Assembly: GCA_013239625.1 (NCBI GenBank)
Contig: MU054187.1
Location: 7,970,358-8,034,357, forward strand
Reading direction: 5' to 3'
Source of the DNA: Lama guanicoe
Lineage: Eukaryota
DNA length: 64,000 bases
Under the pieces are notes generated by a model. That model ran no database searches. It saw only the letters and a list, made by a program, of their open reading frames with translations, and was not told where the DNA came from. Positions 13,630 to 26,218 of the stretch are shown here, in pieces; the stretch's first letter is position 1; every line of letters begins with the position of its first letter. A program made the position numbers and the translations under genes.

Positions 13630-13860
13630 CCAGCAATTCTCTGTACAAAAACATATCCTAAGGACAGAATCATAAAAGTCAAAAAAGATTCATGAACCAG
13701 AATATGGACTACAATGTAATATAAAAGCCATCCATGCCCCTACCATGGAAATAAACTCAATGTTCATCAAAAGGGGACTCATAAAAATAATTGATGGAGT
13801 TGGCAGCCTTAAAAATGATGATATGCATTCCGTGTTTATTGACAGGAAACAATACTATTT
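13630..13860 (+). mobile_element. Old L1ME 3' fragment
   Basis: ccagcaattct..., aatgttcatcaaaaggggact, gcagccttaaaaatgatga. Confidence 0.55.
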
Positions 13861-13899
13861 TAAGAAGAATATGAAGAAGAAATCGGAGGAGCAAGACAA

Positions 13900-14125
13900 G
13901 TAGCATTTATGAGTGCTCACTATGCACTAGGCAGGGAGCTCAGCCCTTAACAACTAATATTACATTTGATCCTCTCAACAATCCAACGGTAAAAACTGCA
14001 AATTGCTCCTGTTTTACAGATGTGGAGATTGAAGCACAAGTGGGCAAACAACCAGCTTAAATCCACACACTTACTGAGCAGCAGAGCCAGGACCAGGACC
14101 CAGGCAGAGGCAGTGTGAATCCAGT
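13900..14125 (-). mobile_element. MIR SINE
   Basis: Reversed MIR core gttttacagatgtggagattgaagcaca plus the tail tagcatttatgagtgctcactatg. Confidence 0.85.
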
Positions 14126-15589
14126 CTCTCACATAGGGTCATGCTTTCCTTTTGCAGAGACGTTCTCTGAAAGTTGTTTCTTTTTCGGCGTGTTGTTTAA
14201 ACTCAACCACTCGCCTTAATTCCATGGTATCACTTGTTCCTCCTGAGTGCCATGGTGGTGTCAACTTAGACATTAGGGAAACTGCTTAGCTGTGAGTTTA
14301 AGGGTAACTGAGTTTATTTGCCGTTTGTAAGGGACAAATCAGGCACAGTAAGAGGAAGTCCTACAACACCCAGGATGGTCTTGACGGTGACGCCCACCCA
14401 AATCGATAAACTTTCTGTAGGTCTCGGAGAAGAAATACAACACGGTTACTTTCAGTGTGTGGCACTGGGGCAATGTTTGACTCATGGCTGAAGGAAGTTT
14501 GTCACCTGTAGGAATCATTGAAATGTTTCCTTATTTGTCTGGTTTATAGTTTTAGAGAATGAAGAAGTACTATAATTTCCTCTATCTATGGTTATATATC
14601 TTATGTTTTTGGTTCCTAGCATTTGGACAATATTCTTATAATGCTATTATGTATGACATTGTTTTCCTGCAAAATATTAGAATATTTATCAGATTTTCTT
14701 TACCTTCAGAAAAATGTTGATTGTTTTTATTCTTGCATTAAATGCCTGTGCCATTTAAAAAGTTTTCTACATTCTTAGAACAATTTACCAAAATTTTTGA
14801 TTTTATGAACTAGATTTGATACACAGTTATCTACTTTTTAATCAGTTTTGACTTAATCCTTTGGAATTTGCTTTTTGTTTGTTTGTTTTACATTGCAGAT
14901 GAGTTAGGACACTGAAGCAAAATAACTAAAGTAATTGCACAATTGGCTCAAATGAAGACTGGTACCTGGCGTGGTAAGGAGAATAAAAAAAGAAGAAACC
15001 TGTAGTAACAATATATACATACAATAATTCAGACAGATTATCCAAATTAAAAATACATGCCTTAAACGTACATTTTTCACTTTAGTTACTGAAAAACTGA
15101 GGGATACAAGGTGTTGAAGGTGTGGTAAATTTTGTAAAACTAGTACAACTTCAAAGTGCACTCGACTTAAATGGAAAAAGCAATCATGGGATGCGTGCCT
15201 AATTAATTAAATTTTAAAAATACAATCACTTATAAAATTATTATAATACCCTATCATAATTTTTTTTAGCCAATAACTATAAACTTCACTGATACATCAT
15301 GTGGTAGCAGTAATCTCTATTTTTCACTAGTGGAGAATTTGTCTAAAAAAAAAGGTGAGCAGATTCACTGAAGCTGTAAAGAAGGGAAAAAAGAGAAAAT
15401 TAGGAACAGATAAAGGGGTGCACCACATTTGCCTATAAATATGAACTGGAAAAATTATCTTCAAAATGGACTTCTGAAATATCATTGGACACTCTTTATG
15501 TCCCCTGTTTAGCTATGGGAATTTTCAGTATCAGCTGTATCCCAAGAATTCCCAGAGCAGAAATTAAGCTTGGAATTGTCTCCTGATCC

Positions 15590-16545
15590 AGAGGCATCCC
15601 TACCCATTGCCTATGGGACACTTCTACTCAGATCCCCAGTGGAACCTCAGATTCAGTGGGATCCAAAATAGCCTTTTTACCTCCCCTCTGCCCTGCTTGA
15701 TTCAGATTTTCCCCCTCTTTCTACATTCTTTCTCTTGGAGTCTCAAGCCAGCATGGACCCATCTGTGCAAGCTGGAGACACAGATGTCATCTGCTTCCTC
15801 CTTTTCCCTCACTCGGCTATCCACCTTGCCATGAAATTATGACAGCTCTGCTTTTCATGTATCTCACTGGTCTGCCTACCTTCATAGCCTGTGGGCCACC
15901 GCCTTCTGTCTCAACTACCTGCTCTCCTCTGCACCTGTCCTCATTTTAATCTGTGTATTCTTCTTCGTGCTGTTTCCCCACAGGTAATCATTTGTGTATC
16001 TTCTTAAAACCCCTTTAATGCTTCCTCATCCTATAGGTTGATAAAGACCATATCCCTTTGCACAGAAAGCTCCCCACAATTGAGACCGACATCCTCTCTC
16101 TCCAAGGCTCCCACTGAACCCTATGCACCGGTCTTAGGGAACTCTGCTCGCTTTTCTCAGATTTTATTACAATCAGTAATGCCTCTGAGGCTCTCTGTAG
16201 GCCATTTTCCTTTTCCAGAAGACCCTTTTACCTCTCTTCTGCCTGATGAATTTCTAGCCATCAAACAAATCTCTGTGGTACCACATCTTCTGGGAAAACC
16301 TCCTTAACTCTTCTAATCTTAGTTTATCTTTACTATGCACAAGGTGACACACCGACCACAGCAAGTTATCATTCCTTGTTCACCAATTAATTAAATTTAA
16401 AAAAATACAATCACTTATAAAATTATTATAATACCCTATCATAATTTTTTATATTATGAGGGCAGAGAGCATGTCTCTTGCCCTTCTCTGCTGCTACAGA
16501 GGTTCCAGCATGAGGCAAAGGTTTAATATTTATTGAGAGAATGAC
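15590..16545 (+). mobile_element. L2 3' portion carrying a 66-bp local insertion
   Basis: cacatcttctgggaaaacctccttaac...atgagggcagagagcatgtctc...aatatttattgagagaatga, the L2 3' end. Confidence 0.7.
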
Positions 16546-18279
16546 ATGTTTGCCAGAGTCAGATTCTGAGGGGCTCCGAGTATCGCATTAGGGAGTTGTG
16601 TTCTATAGGCATAGCTCTGAAGCACAGGAGGGACGTAATCAAATCTGTACGTTAGAAAGAAAACTTGGGTAGAGTAACAGATAGGCTGCCGTGTCAGGCA
16701 GGGTATAAATACATGAAGATGTATTTGTTGTAGGACAGGCAGGAATGACTGGGGAAGTAATTATGGATTTATTGGGGTATTAGGTTGAAGAATGGGGAAA
16801 TAATTTATGTAATGTTTTATGTCAGGGCTGAATTACATTCTAAATATACAGTAAGAAAAAAATAAAAACTATTAATCTGCTTCATACACATGACATATCC
16901 TACACAGTACTGCAATTCTGATAACAGATATTGGGCAGAAAATCATATTTACCACACTTAATATTAATTAAACAGATAAAGGTCTTAAGCATTTATTCTA
17001 AATATATTTCTAGTTTCTTATAGTACCCTAATATGGCTGCATCAATCATAAATCATAAAAACCAAGTAATACTTGTTAACATTTAAGCTCAAGGAGCAAT
17101 ACATTCCGTGGTTTATTTGACACTGTGTTTGGAGATTTTATAAAATTCTTCTACTCAGGGTCTTATGGTAGTCACATGGATTCTAGGAGTTGGTGAATCT
17201 GTCCCTGAAGATGAGGGATAAATATGACAAAATACCTTTTCCTCTAAATTGGTGAATGAAAATCAACAAATTTTCAAAAAAGGAAGTTATCATATTAATG
17301 TCCAGTATTTCTGCCAGAATTTTTTTAACCTCATCTCACATTTTCTTAGATATGAATTACAAGAATTCAGTCTAAGAAGGTCTACTGTAAAGATGAAATC
17401 TACAAATGTCCAATAATCCCATGGTGTCTGCCAACGTTTTAAAGCACAACCAAATTAAAAGGCCATCCTGTGCTATTTAACAGAATTAAAACTTTTCGGA
17501 AAGAGTAAGGCCACAGATGTGGCTCGTATTTCTTTCAGGAAGTCGATGAGATACAGTAAAAGTTGAGCAAAGGCAATAAAAATTTTGCTGCCTCACAATA
17601 TCCAAGTTATCTGTCAGAACATACTTAAAATCCATAAGAATTTTTCCTGTGAAGTAAGTATAATTAGATGTTTTACTTACGTCACACTTTTAATATAAAA
17701 GAATGAAACTTTCATAAAATTCTAAACTTTAAGATGGAATTATTATTATTACCATTCTCTTCATTTAGGAGAAAAACAGACTGTGGTGAGGAAGGAAAGG
17801 TTAAGGTTAAAGATAAAATAACGGTGAAAGAGAAATAATTCTCCTAAATTACAAAACCTGTGAGTAAATATACAAGGAACAGGGTAACCGCATTTCGAGG
17901 GGTCGGCACTGAACCCGTTTTACTCCGTGAAGGGTTGTTTATGACAATCAATATTGCCACTCATTTTTGATGATCTTTTGTGTCCTCTGTGCCTCACATT
18001 AAATGCATCAACATGTTTGATTTTTAATTTAGCCTTGTTAAAGTAATTTAGTTCAACCTTCACTGAGGAAATGCTGTTATTTGCAATGACAGTGAATGCT
18101 ATTTGGCCTCTTAGGGCAAATGGGACTGTCAGCCTCATTGTCAAGTTTCGAGTTGACATAGTTAAGGAGCTAGTGAAGAGGGACAATGGTGGGTTCCCAT
18201 TTTTAAACAGCATTAGGGGGAGCGGCGGAGACGCCTTGCTTTGTAGTTAGTTGTTTCATCTTTAAATTCATCATCTATT

Positions 18280-19030
18280 TTCAATTCCGTGGAAACTTCC
18301 ATTCTTCCCATCATTTTGGGTCAAAATCTCAGTCACTTCTGATACTTCTATCTTCCATACCACCCATCCCAAGTCATGTCAATCCATATTGTATGTCTCA
18401 TCCTAACTCAAGCTTTTCTCATTTTACAAACTGGGCAGTTTCCATAGCATCATAATGGTTCCCCCACCTTTAGTTCCTATGTGGGCAAAGCCACCAGAGA
18501 GATTACTGCAATGTTAATCTTTTAGAAGTCTTATTGCTAATCATGTCTCCCTCCCCACAATTTTAGTGCCTTACATGACCTACAAACTGATGTCTAAAAG
18601 TCTTTGCCTAGTACTTACTTTTTTTTCATAATTTTCCCAAGCCTTTTAGTCTCCCGTAGAGTGATCAACACTCTCTTTACCCAGGCAAGTCCTTCCCTTT
18701 CTCCTTATGCCACCCCTTCTCCCAGAAGGTCCTCTCCATACATACCAGCTCTCTGCTCCCACCCTTCCTCAGGGTACTTCTTCAAGACCAGTTCCCCTCT
18801 CTGACTTCTCCTGGTCATTTCAGTCTGTTTGAAACCCAATGGTAGTTCTGTTTTTCTACCAGTAGTTTGACCCTTGCATACATCTCCTTGAATTATTCAT
18901 TGTGTCTTGAGCTACTTGACATCAAGGACTTTACTTTCTCCTGGGCTATGTTCATTTAGGCACGTGGCACTTACTGATCATATCTTTCACTAATTGCCAT
19001 TGGCTATCAATAGTATAGGATACATAGAAG
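18280..19030 (+). mobile_element. Degenerate L2
   Basis: gccaccagagagatt..., ctaatcatgtctccctcc, cttcttcaagaccagttc resemble the L2 3' region. Confidence 0.55.
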
Positions 19031-19091
19031 AAAATAATTCTGTATGCTAGAAAAATCAACCTATGCTTTCTAGCCACTAAAAGAAGAGGGA

Positions 19092-19093
<2 letters not shown>

Positions 19094-19121
<28 letters not shown>
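19094..19121. repeat. (TG)n microsatellite
   Basis: Read directly. Confidence 0.95.
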
Positions 19122-19122
<1 letters not shown>

Positions 19123-21709
19123 ACATGCACTGTTCTATAAAGATAATTGAAAAATTAAAACGGTTTCAGGAATCTGTAAATATTGCTAAACTTTACAAAA
19201 AGTGGACTTTTTTGTTGAGTTGTTTATTGTCTGTCTGCTACTCCTCGCTCTGCTAAAATGGAAACTCTACAGAAGCAAAGATCTTGGCAAATCATCATCA
19301 GTAAGCTAGCATTCATCTGTAACATCCTTGGTTAACTAAATCTGGGATTGTTTACCATTTTTGTTTCCATTTTGCTACACAGATCATAGCAATGGTGCTA
19401 CCTGGGTTCAATATTAATTCTAAAATCATTAATCTGGTTAATTTCTTAGGCATAATAATAAAAAGATACATAAGAAATTGGAGTTGTGTTCATTTAGCAG
19501 TTATTAACTATAGCCCCTAGCGTTTAATATCTAGTAACAGTGGATGGTAGTTCTAAACCAACTACCTCTTATTCAAAGCATATCATCAGGTTCCTGAATA
19601 AACAGCCATGATGGAAAGGGAATCCCTGAGGCAGAAATTAAGATATAAAGTACAGGAAGGATTAACCTCCAGCCTCCCATGCTTTTATCTTTAGCATGCC
19701 TCAAAACCAAAGAGAGAGTGCCTAACCATTAAAAAAGATTAAAGGTGTTAATTAGACTAAGAGGTAGAAACCAGGAAGGCTGGACCAAACCTTCGAATGG
19801 ATTAAAACACACAGGCATAGACACATTCACAGTCACTCACAGTCGCACAGGAAGCACGTGGTCTCTATGAAGTTGTGTTGAAAATGGTCTGAAATATATA
19901 TTTGCGAAAAATTTTGTTGAAACTGATTACAGTTTGGACAATATCTTTATAGGCACAGTCATTTCCACCATTCCTGTTGAAATTGCTTTTAACATTCAGT
20001 ACTGAAATGTAACCCTAAGGTTCTTAGGAGAGTAACCCAACTTCAAGACAATGCAGTTCAGAACTGCCAGTTTTCACATCTCCCCCAATTAAGGCCATTA
20101 CAAAGTTAGCATCAGATCATGTAGAGATTTTTTTTTTACTTCTCTTTCGGGAGAAACAGAATATGTTAGTCACATACATAAACCATGTGGTTTCTCAAGA
20201 TGAATTTGAAGTCTTTTAAGGTTAGTTATCAGAATAAAGGAAAATTATTGTCCAAGATAATAATTACTGTAAGTCGATTTGTCTTTATATTTTATCATTT
20301 TAAAATGTATACATTTCCAATGTTATAGGGAAAAACACACATGAATTTTATATAGCTTAAAATCTATGCTTATAATGTTAATGTGTTTACACACATATAT
20401 ACATACATACATATACATGCATAAGTTTAGATATGTGTGTAGATACACATCCTTGTATGTATATACTTCTGTGGGGGGGTGTACATACATGTGATCTGCA
20501 CACACACAAGTGTTTCAGGTTCTCTTACATAGAGATGCTTTCTATTTTCTCTTTCTCCCTCAAATGTTAAATATTTTCATTTCACCATACTTTAAGGTAA
20601 CGTAAAAGATGATGAGACTAGAAATCAAAATGAGTTCTAGGAAATTACATCATTTAAGCATTTTTCTAGACATGTTTGCTAAAAGAAATATTGAAAACAT
20701 TCCTTTAAAGGACCCCTTTGAACACACAGTAAAGGCCAATATAAGACCCAAGTAACAATTTTATATAAAGATACCATATATACATGTCACATTTATGTGT
20801 ATATATGTGTGCGTGTGTGTGTGCACGCTGCTCCCTTAGAAGGACGTGATCACAGTAGATGGCTGATGGCCCATCTTGGAGACTGCCTCCTGTCCATGCA
20901 GCCTCAGAAGTCAGAGGGACTTCAGCTTCATTTTCAGTAGAATGTGGACAATGCCACGTTCTGCCTAAACTGGACACTGGTCTAGGCGTCCATGTGCAAC
21001 TCACGGGCATGTCTGATATTGAGTATCCATCTGAGCACGGTGTCTTTGACCTTTCCGTGTACCTCTGTACATGGCTCACTTGTTGACGCACGAGGTCCTG
21101 AGGCTGTGAGTGCAGCTGGGAGACCGAGTTACAACAAGCTGGTAGAGAAGATCATCATAGCGACACCAGCCTCGGGACAGAAAGTCTGATGGGAGAGCAA
21201 TTTCTAGAGGCAACCGTGGCCAGCTGCCTACGACGATCTGTGGGAGCTAACGGCAGCTGCCAGGGAGGGCTGCCTTCTTTCTCACAGCCATCCAGGGCAA
21301 CGCTCGGGTTGGTGGGGTGAGGATTTCTGATTTCCAACTTCCTCTCCCCAGAATAGACACATTGATATACAGACTCAGGCTGCAGGGTGAGGTCTGTCTA
21401 GACGGCATCTCCCCCACTTCCCAGCCCTGACCAGCTAGGTCCTCGTGAATATCCAGCAGGCTTGTGTTTTGTGTATTTCAGTGTTTGATTTGGGTTTCCA
21501 GCTCCATTATTTTTAGTTCCTTCCTGGGGGTTTAGAAATAAAACCTTTTTCTGCAGGGTGGGGCGGTGAGGGGTCGTCATATATAAGGTAAAACTAAGCT
21601 ATAGAGAAAACCTTAATGCTTATTTATTTTCAAACAAGTGATTGAGGTAGGTTTCTGATTTATTTCCTGGCTGCTGCTTCTTAAGCCTTCTCTTTTAAAT
21701 TTATTTTCT

Positions 21710-23115
21710 CCACCATCCGCTATAAGATTGGTTTCTACAGAATTCTGTCCTTGAATCTGAATCTCATCCATCTTACCCCTTCCCTTCCATTCCCTTCCTG
21801 CTCTCTCTCTAAGTTGCTCTCTCTCTCTCCCACTTTGTCCCCATCTCTTTCCATCCTTCCTATTTAATCTTATTCTTTTTTATCTTTCAATGATCTGTAT
21901 ATACATGAATGATCTATACCTATATTTATAGCCTAGATCTTTTTTTTCTTTTTCCTTTCTTTATTATTTTTTAAAATATATTTTTATTGACGTATAGTCA
22001 GTTTACAATGTTGTGTCAATTTCTGGTGTACAGCACAATGCTTCAGTCATATAGGAACGTACATATATTAATTTTCATATCCTTTTTCACCATAAGTTAC
22101 TAAAAGATATTGAATATAGTTCCCTGTGCTATACAGTATAAACTTGTTTATCGGATTTTGTGAGAATCCTCCTGTATTTTGAAGCAAGAGACACTCTGCC
22201 AGAATTCAGTAGGTGCTCTGTGCAATTCAGTGGGTTTGTAGATTTAATTCTTGGTGTATCTGTGGGAGAGGGCGAGCTGTGAGTCTCTCTACTCCACCAT
22301 CTTGGCTCAGCCTCACCTAGGTCTTACCTACAACATCAAATCCACATATTTAATGACTAACTGGGTATCGCTACATGGATTTTCCATATTCAACTACAAC
22401 TCACCATATGTCAACCTGAACTCATCTTCATTTCTTTCCAACCCTTTCTTCCTTTAGCATGCCAGTCATTGTAAACTATTCTATCATTTATCGAGTTACA
22501 TAAAACAGAAAAGGATTCATTTTTCACTCTTTGCTCTCTCTCCAAGATCTTTCAGCTATTAATCCTGATGAATTATTTAATACTCCACTCCTGTGCATTA
22601 GCTACCTTTACTCAGGCCACCAATATCTTTCAGCTACAATTTTTCAGGGGCACCCAACTTTGTATTTTCTACTGCAGCTAGAGTGATGTTTCTAAACCTC
22701 AAAACAGTGCATGTCATTCTTCTGCTTAAAATTCTGCACGCGTTTCACATTGTTCCTGGGATCAAAATCCTTAGCTCTCTGCACTCTGTGTCTGTTATCT
22801 CTTCCTCTTAGATCCCAGAGCAACGTTTCCATTCTCATCCTCATTCTCCTGAACACCTCTGCCTTGCTCATGCGGTGTTCTGCTCATCTTTATGTTTACA
22901 TTTAGACATTAACTGGATCCATAAATCTTCCCTAACATCCAAGCCTGGATTAGGGACTAGACTGGGTTCCATATTGCCCCACCATAACATCTAGCACACT
23001 GATTCCTGGTTGCTTCTCCAGTAGACCACAGCCCTTTAAGACAAAGATTGTACACTGTACTTGAATGCTTAGCACATAGTAAGCCTTCAACCAATGTTTA
23101 GTGACTGACTGACTG
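21710..23115 (+). mobile_element. L2 interrupted by the bipartite L1 element
   Basis: actgcagctagagtgatgtttctaaa, catgtcattcttctgcttaaaa; ends cttagcacatagtaagccttcaaccaatgttta followed by (gact)n. Confidence 0.75.
21942..22315 (-). mobile_element. Bipartite, probably spliced, L1 retrocopy: about 163 nt of L1 5' UTR fused to about 175 nt of 3' UTR plus poly(A); no ORF
   Basis: Minus strand begins gaggctgagccaagatggtggagtag...cacagagcacctactgaa (L1 5' end with YY1-type motif). Junction caaaatccg|ataaacaag lies at 22152/22151. The 3' part is homologous to the L1 tails elsewhere in the window. TSD cctagatctt (21932-21941) / cctaggtctt (22316-22325). Confidence 0.85.
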
Positions 23116-23701
23116 ACTGGTGGTCCAGTGAAAACTGGGGTGGGGCAGTAGTTTGTTTCACACACAGATGGCAGGTACGACTATTCATTCAGAAAAATGT
23201 CCTTTCCTGCAGAGCTCTTTTCATTGAATATTTGAATTTAAATGTTGGAAAAACCTGCCAAATGACAGAAACTTGGCAGTGATGTAAGCTGGCTCAATTG
23301 AGACATATTATTTAGTATGAACACCAACATTTAGAAAATTGAAATCTCCTTCAGAAATCATTTAATTAGGTAGTCTTTTTTTTGTTTACATATGATATTG
23401 AACATCCTGTCACTAATAGAAATTAACTTGGATTCCATTTGGAAGGCACACTGGTAATTATTCTCACTTCTCAAATAAAGGCAGCAAAGGATAGCAATGA
23501 AAAAGTTTCACTTTAAAATGGAAGTTGGTGTAACTCCAAAAATCCCGAACATTCATTACAGGCCCATAAACTATGTCATTTTGAAAGATGACAACCAGGA
23601 TTGAGGCCCTTATCAGCTGTTTTTTACATCCAAGGCACCAACAAAACCTCTTTCAGTCATAGTAAGCTGTCACCTAAACTACAATTTTATCTTATTCTAA
23701 T

Positions 23702-23870
23702 CCAGGGGTCCTTAAGCATTCATGGATAAACTTCAAGCATTTTGTAAAGCCCATAAAATTGTTTCTAAAATTGTATATGTGTGTGTGAGCTTTTATCTAG
23801 GGCAGAGTCGAAACATTTTGTTGGGCTTTTCAAATGAATTCACCATGCCAATGAAATTAACAACCCTTGG
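23702..23870. mobile_element. hAT-Charlie MITE (MER103-like)
   Basis: caggggtccttaa...catggata...aaaattgtatatgtgtgtg...ttaacaacccttg; the ends are roughly inverted. Confidence 0.55.
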
Positions 23871-23880
23871 TAATCATTTT

Positions 23881-23914
<34 letters not shown>

Positions 23915-23927
23915 CGATCGATCGATC
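23881..23927. repeat. (GATA)n(GATC)n compound microsatellite
   Basis: Read directly. Confidence 0.95.
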
Positions 23928-24528
23928 CCACACAAATATTCCCATATATGAAAAGATAGTCATTGAGAGAGAAAAAAAGTCAGATACTTGTTAAATAAGT
24001 CAAATTAGTTAGATAAAACAGTTGCATTTTTACTTCCTAGCACATCCGATTATAATCTAGAAATAATAGAAATAAGAGGAGATGCCTTTGGAATTTCAAT
24101 ATTTATGTGCAGGTAAAGGCCACAGAAGTTACTCTGTCATACAGAGTCATATTTTGCTTACAGGAACAAAACACTTCCAGAATCACGCAGGAGTGCTTCT
24201 GCAGGCCCCTCAGTGGTAATTATCTAGTACCTGCCCCGGAGAGTGCCTCATTCCTCACCCTCTCTGCTGATAAACGATTCCCTCACAACTTCCTCACCAT
24301 GCTCTCCACTCCTCCCTGTCCCTGCAGATCTAATATTCCATTTGTTCTTACACTCTCAGGCTCACTCATTGTACTCGAGTCTACTAAGAGTCTAGAATCA
24401 GATGAGCAGGAAAGTGCTTAAGGATTTAAAAAACTTATCCTGAAATACCAACATTTCTTACTTGAAAACTCAAATTAGTATCTGCTATAAGAAGTTGTGT
24501 CTCGAATTTTAAAAAATTCCCTAAACTG

Positions 24529-24804
24529 GAAGGGACAGACTGGGAGTTCAAAATTTGTAGATACTGACAGGCATATGCAGAATCGATAAACAAGACTACA
24601 CTGTATAGCACAGGGAAATATATTCAAGATCTTGTGGTAGCTCACGGTGAAAAAGAACGTGACAATGAATACATGTGTGTTCATGTATAACTGAAAAATT
24701 GTGCTCTACACTGGAAATTGACACAACATTGTAAACTGACCATAACTCAATTAAAAAAAATAAGCAAACAAAAATAAATAAATAAAATAAATTAAAAATT
24801 TTTT
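24529..24804 (+). mobile_element. Lineage-specific L1 3' UTR tail
   Basis: TSD aaaaattccctaaactg (24512-24528) / aaaaatccctaaactg (24805-24820); canonical TTTT/AAAA endonuclease site; A-rich tail. Confidence 0.93.
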
Positions 24805-25426
24805 AAAAATCCCTAAACTGAAGAGAAAAATGACAGAGATCAGCTAAAATGTCCAGAATACCAGAGTACTCTCAAAAGGGAAATATCAATTTTAAATGAT
24901 AATTTTAATAACTTGTTATTAGAACATTCCTTTCTTATTCTAAGTTAAGTCCCTAGAAATGGCTTTGCAGTAAAATTTCATTCTGGATGTGATTGTGTCT
25001 GGGGGCCTTTTTAGTTAGTAAGGAGTTAGCACATTATTTTGGTTGGCATTTCAAACAGCTTGGCCACATCTCGGCAAATATCAGAAAGTAATGAGTTTCA
25101 AGATAAAGATGAAAGTAAGTATATACACCCTTCATTTGGAGACAGTTTCATTTTTGCTAATCCTATTCTGGATGACTATCACAGAACTCCAGTGCCAAGC
25201 CGTGAAAAAGCCACAGAAACTTCCTTCGGACTACCGCACGCTTTTCACTAACTTTTATGTCGATGACTTTGATCATGTCCCTGAACTCCAATGAGATATT
25301 CTGCACTGTCCTCCTGAGTACCATGGTACAACTCTGATTCTGAGTCTTAAAAAGAAAAAAAAAAAACACTGAGAATATGAAAGTTTTCAGAAGAACTTGG
25401 AGGAGGGGGGACAAAACCAAAATAAG

Positions 25427-25461
<35 letters not shown>
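25427..25461. repeat. (CA)n microsatellite with a short CG run
   Basis: Read directly. Confidence 0.9.
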
Positions 25462-26136
25462 GACTCCATGGCAGAGAACTGATCTTGAAGTTAATAACCT
25501 GAGTGAGGTCTCAGAATGTCTCTGTTTATAGAACACCCATTTAGTGCTATATTTTTGGATTAACCTTGCAAGGAGATTCATATCAGTGGTTGCTTTGCTA
25601 TGATCCTCTGTAACACTGATTATCTTTTTCTGCTGAAATCATTGTGTTATTTTTGTGATGACCATAAAAAAGTATCTATTACTTTGAAAATAGAGACAAG
25701 ATTAACCCGGTGGATAACAGACACCGAGGTTTTGGAGATATTTAAACTAGGGCATTGAGTGATATAGCTGCTATTCAAATTCTTATAACTTCATGGAAAA
25801 ATTTTTAAAGTTGTGTAAGTTCTCCTAAAAGAAGGTTTTAAGGAAACAGAAAACTTTATTTACAATGTTCCAACAAACCACTTCAGCCTGCAAGCCAGAA
25901 TGAAACGAAGTGTTTGAAATGTAAGAATTGTTCAGCCCAGAAATTAGAGAGTAAGGCCCTGAAGTTAATGATTCTGCTTCAACCAGCAGGCCAGCTACAC
26001 GTGTGATAATGGGGGGAGGACTGGGGGTTGGTGATGCATCAGATCTCATAGGCATTTCTGTGCCCTGAGATAATAAGACCCCAAGGGGTGTCATTTTAAA
26101 ATAAGCAGGGCAATGAGCAAGGCACACATACTCAGG

Positions 26137-26139
<3 letters not shown>

Positions 26140-26216
<77 letters not shown>
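26140..26216. repeat. (CT)n(CA)n compound microsatellite
   Basis: CT run to 26184, CA run 26185-26216. Confidence 0.97.

Positions 26217-26218
<2 letters not shown>

Noticed and set aside
14316..14416. Minus-strand hydrophobic peptide SLSIWVGVTVKTILGVVGLPLTV after a ctacAG
   Set aside because: Short, with no partner exons and no recognised family.
20705..21580. GC-richer region with overlapping ORFs
   Set aside because: No recognisable protein or coherent splice structure.
25825..26211. 128-aa ORF with CV/ER repeats
   Set aside because: Translation of the (CT)n(CA)n microsatellite.
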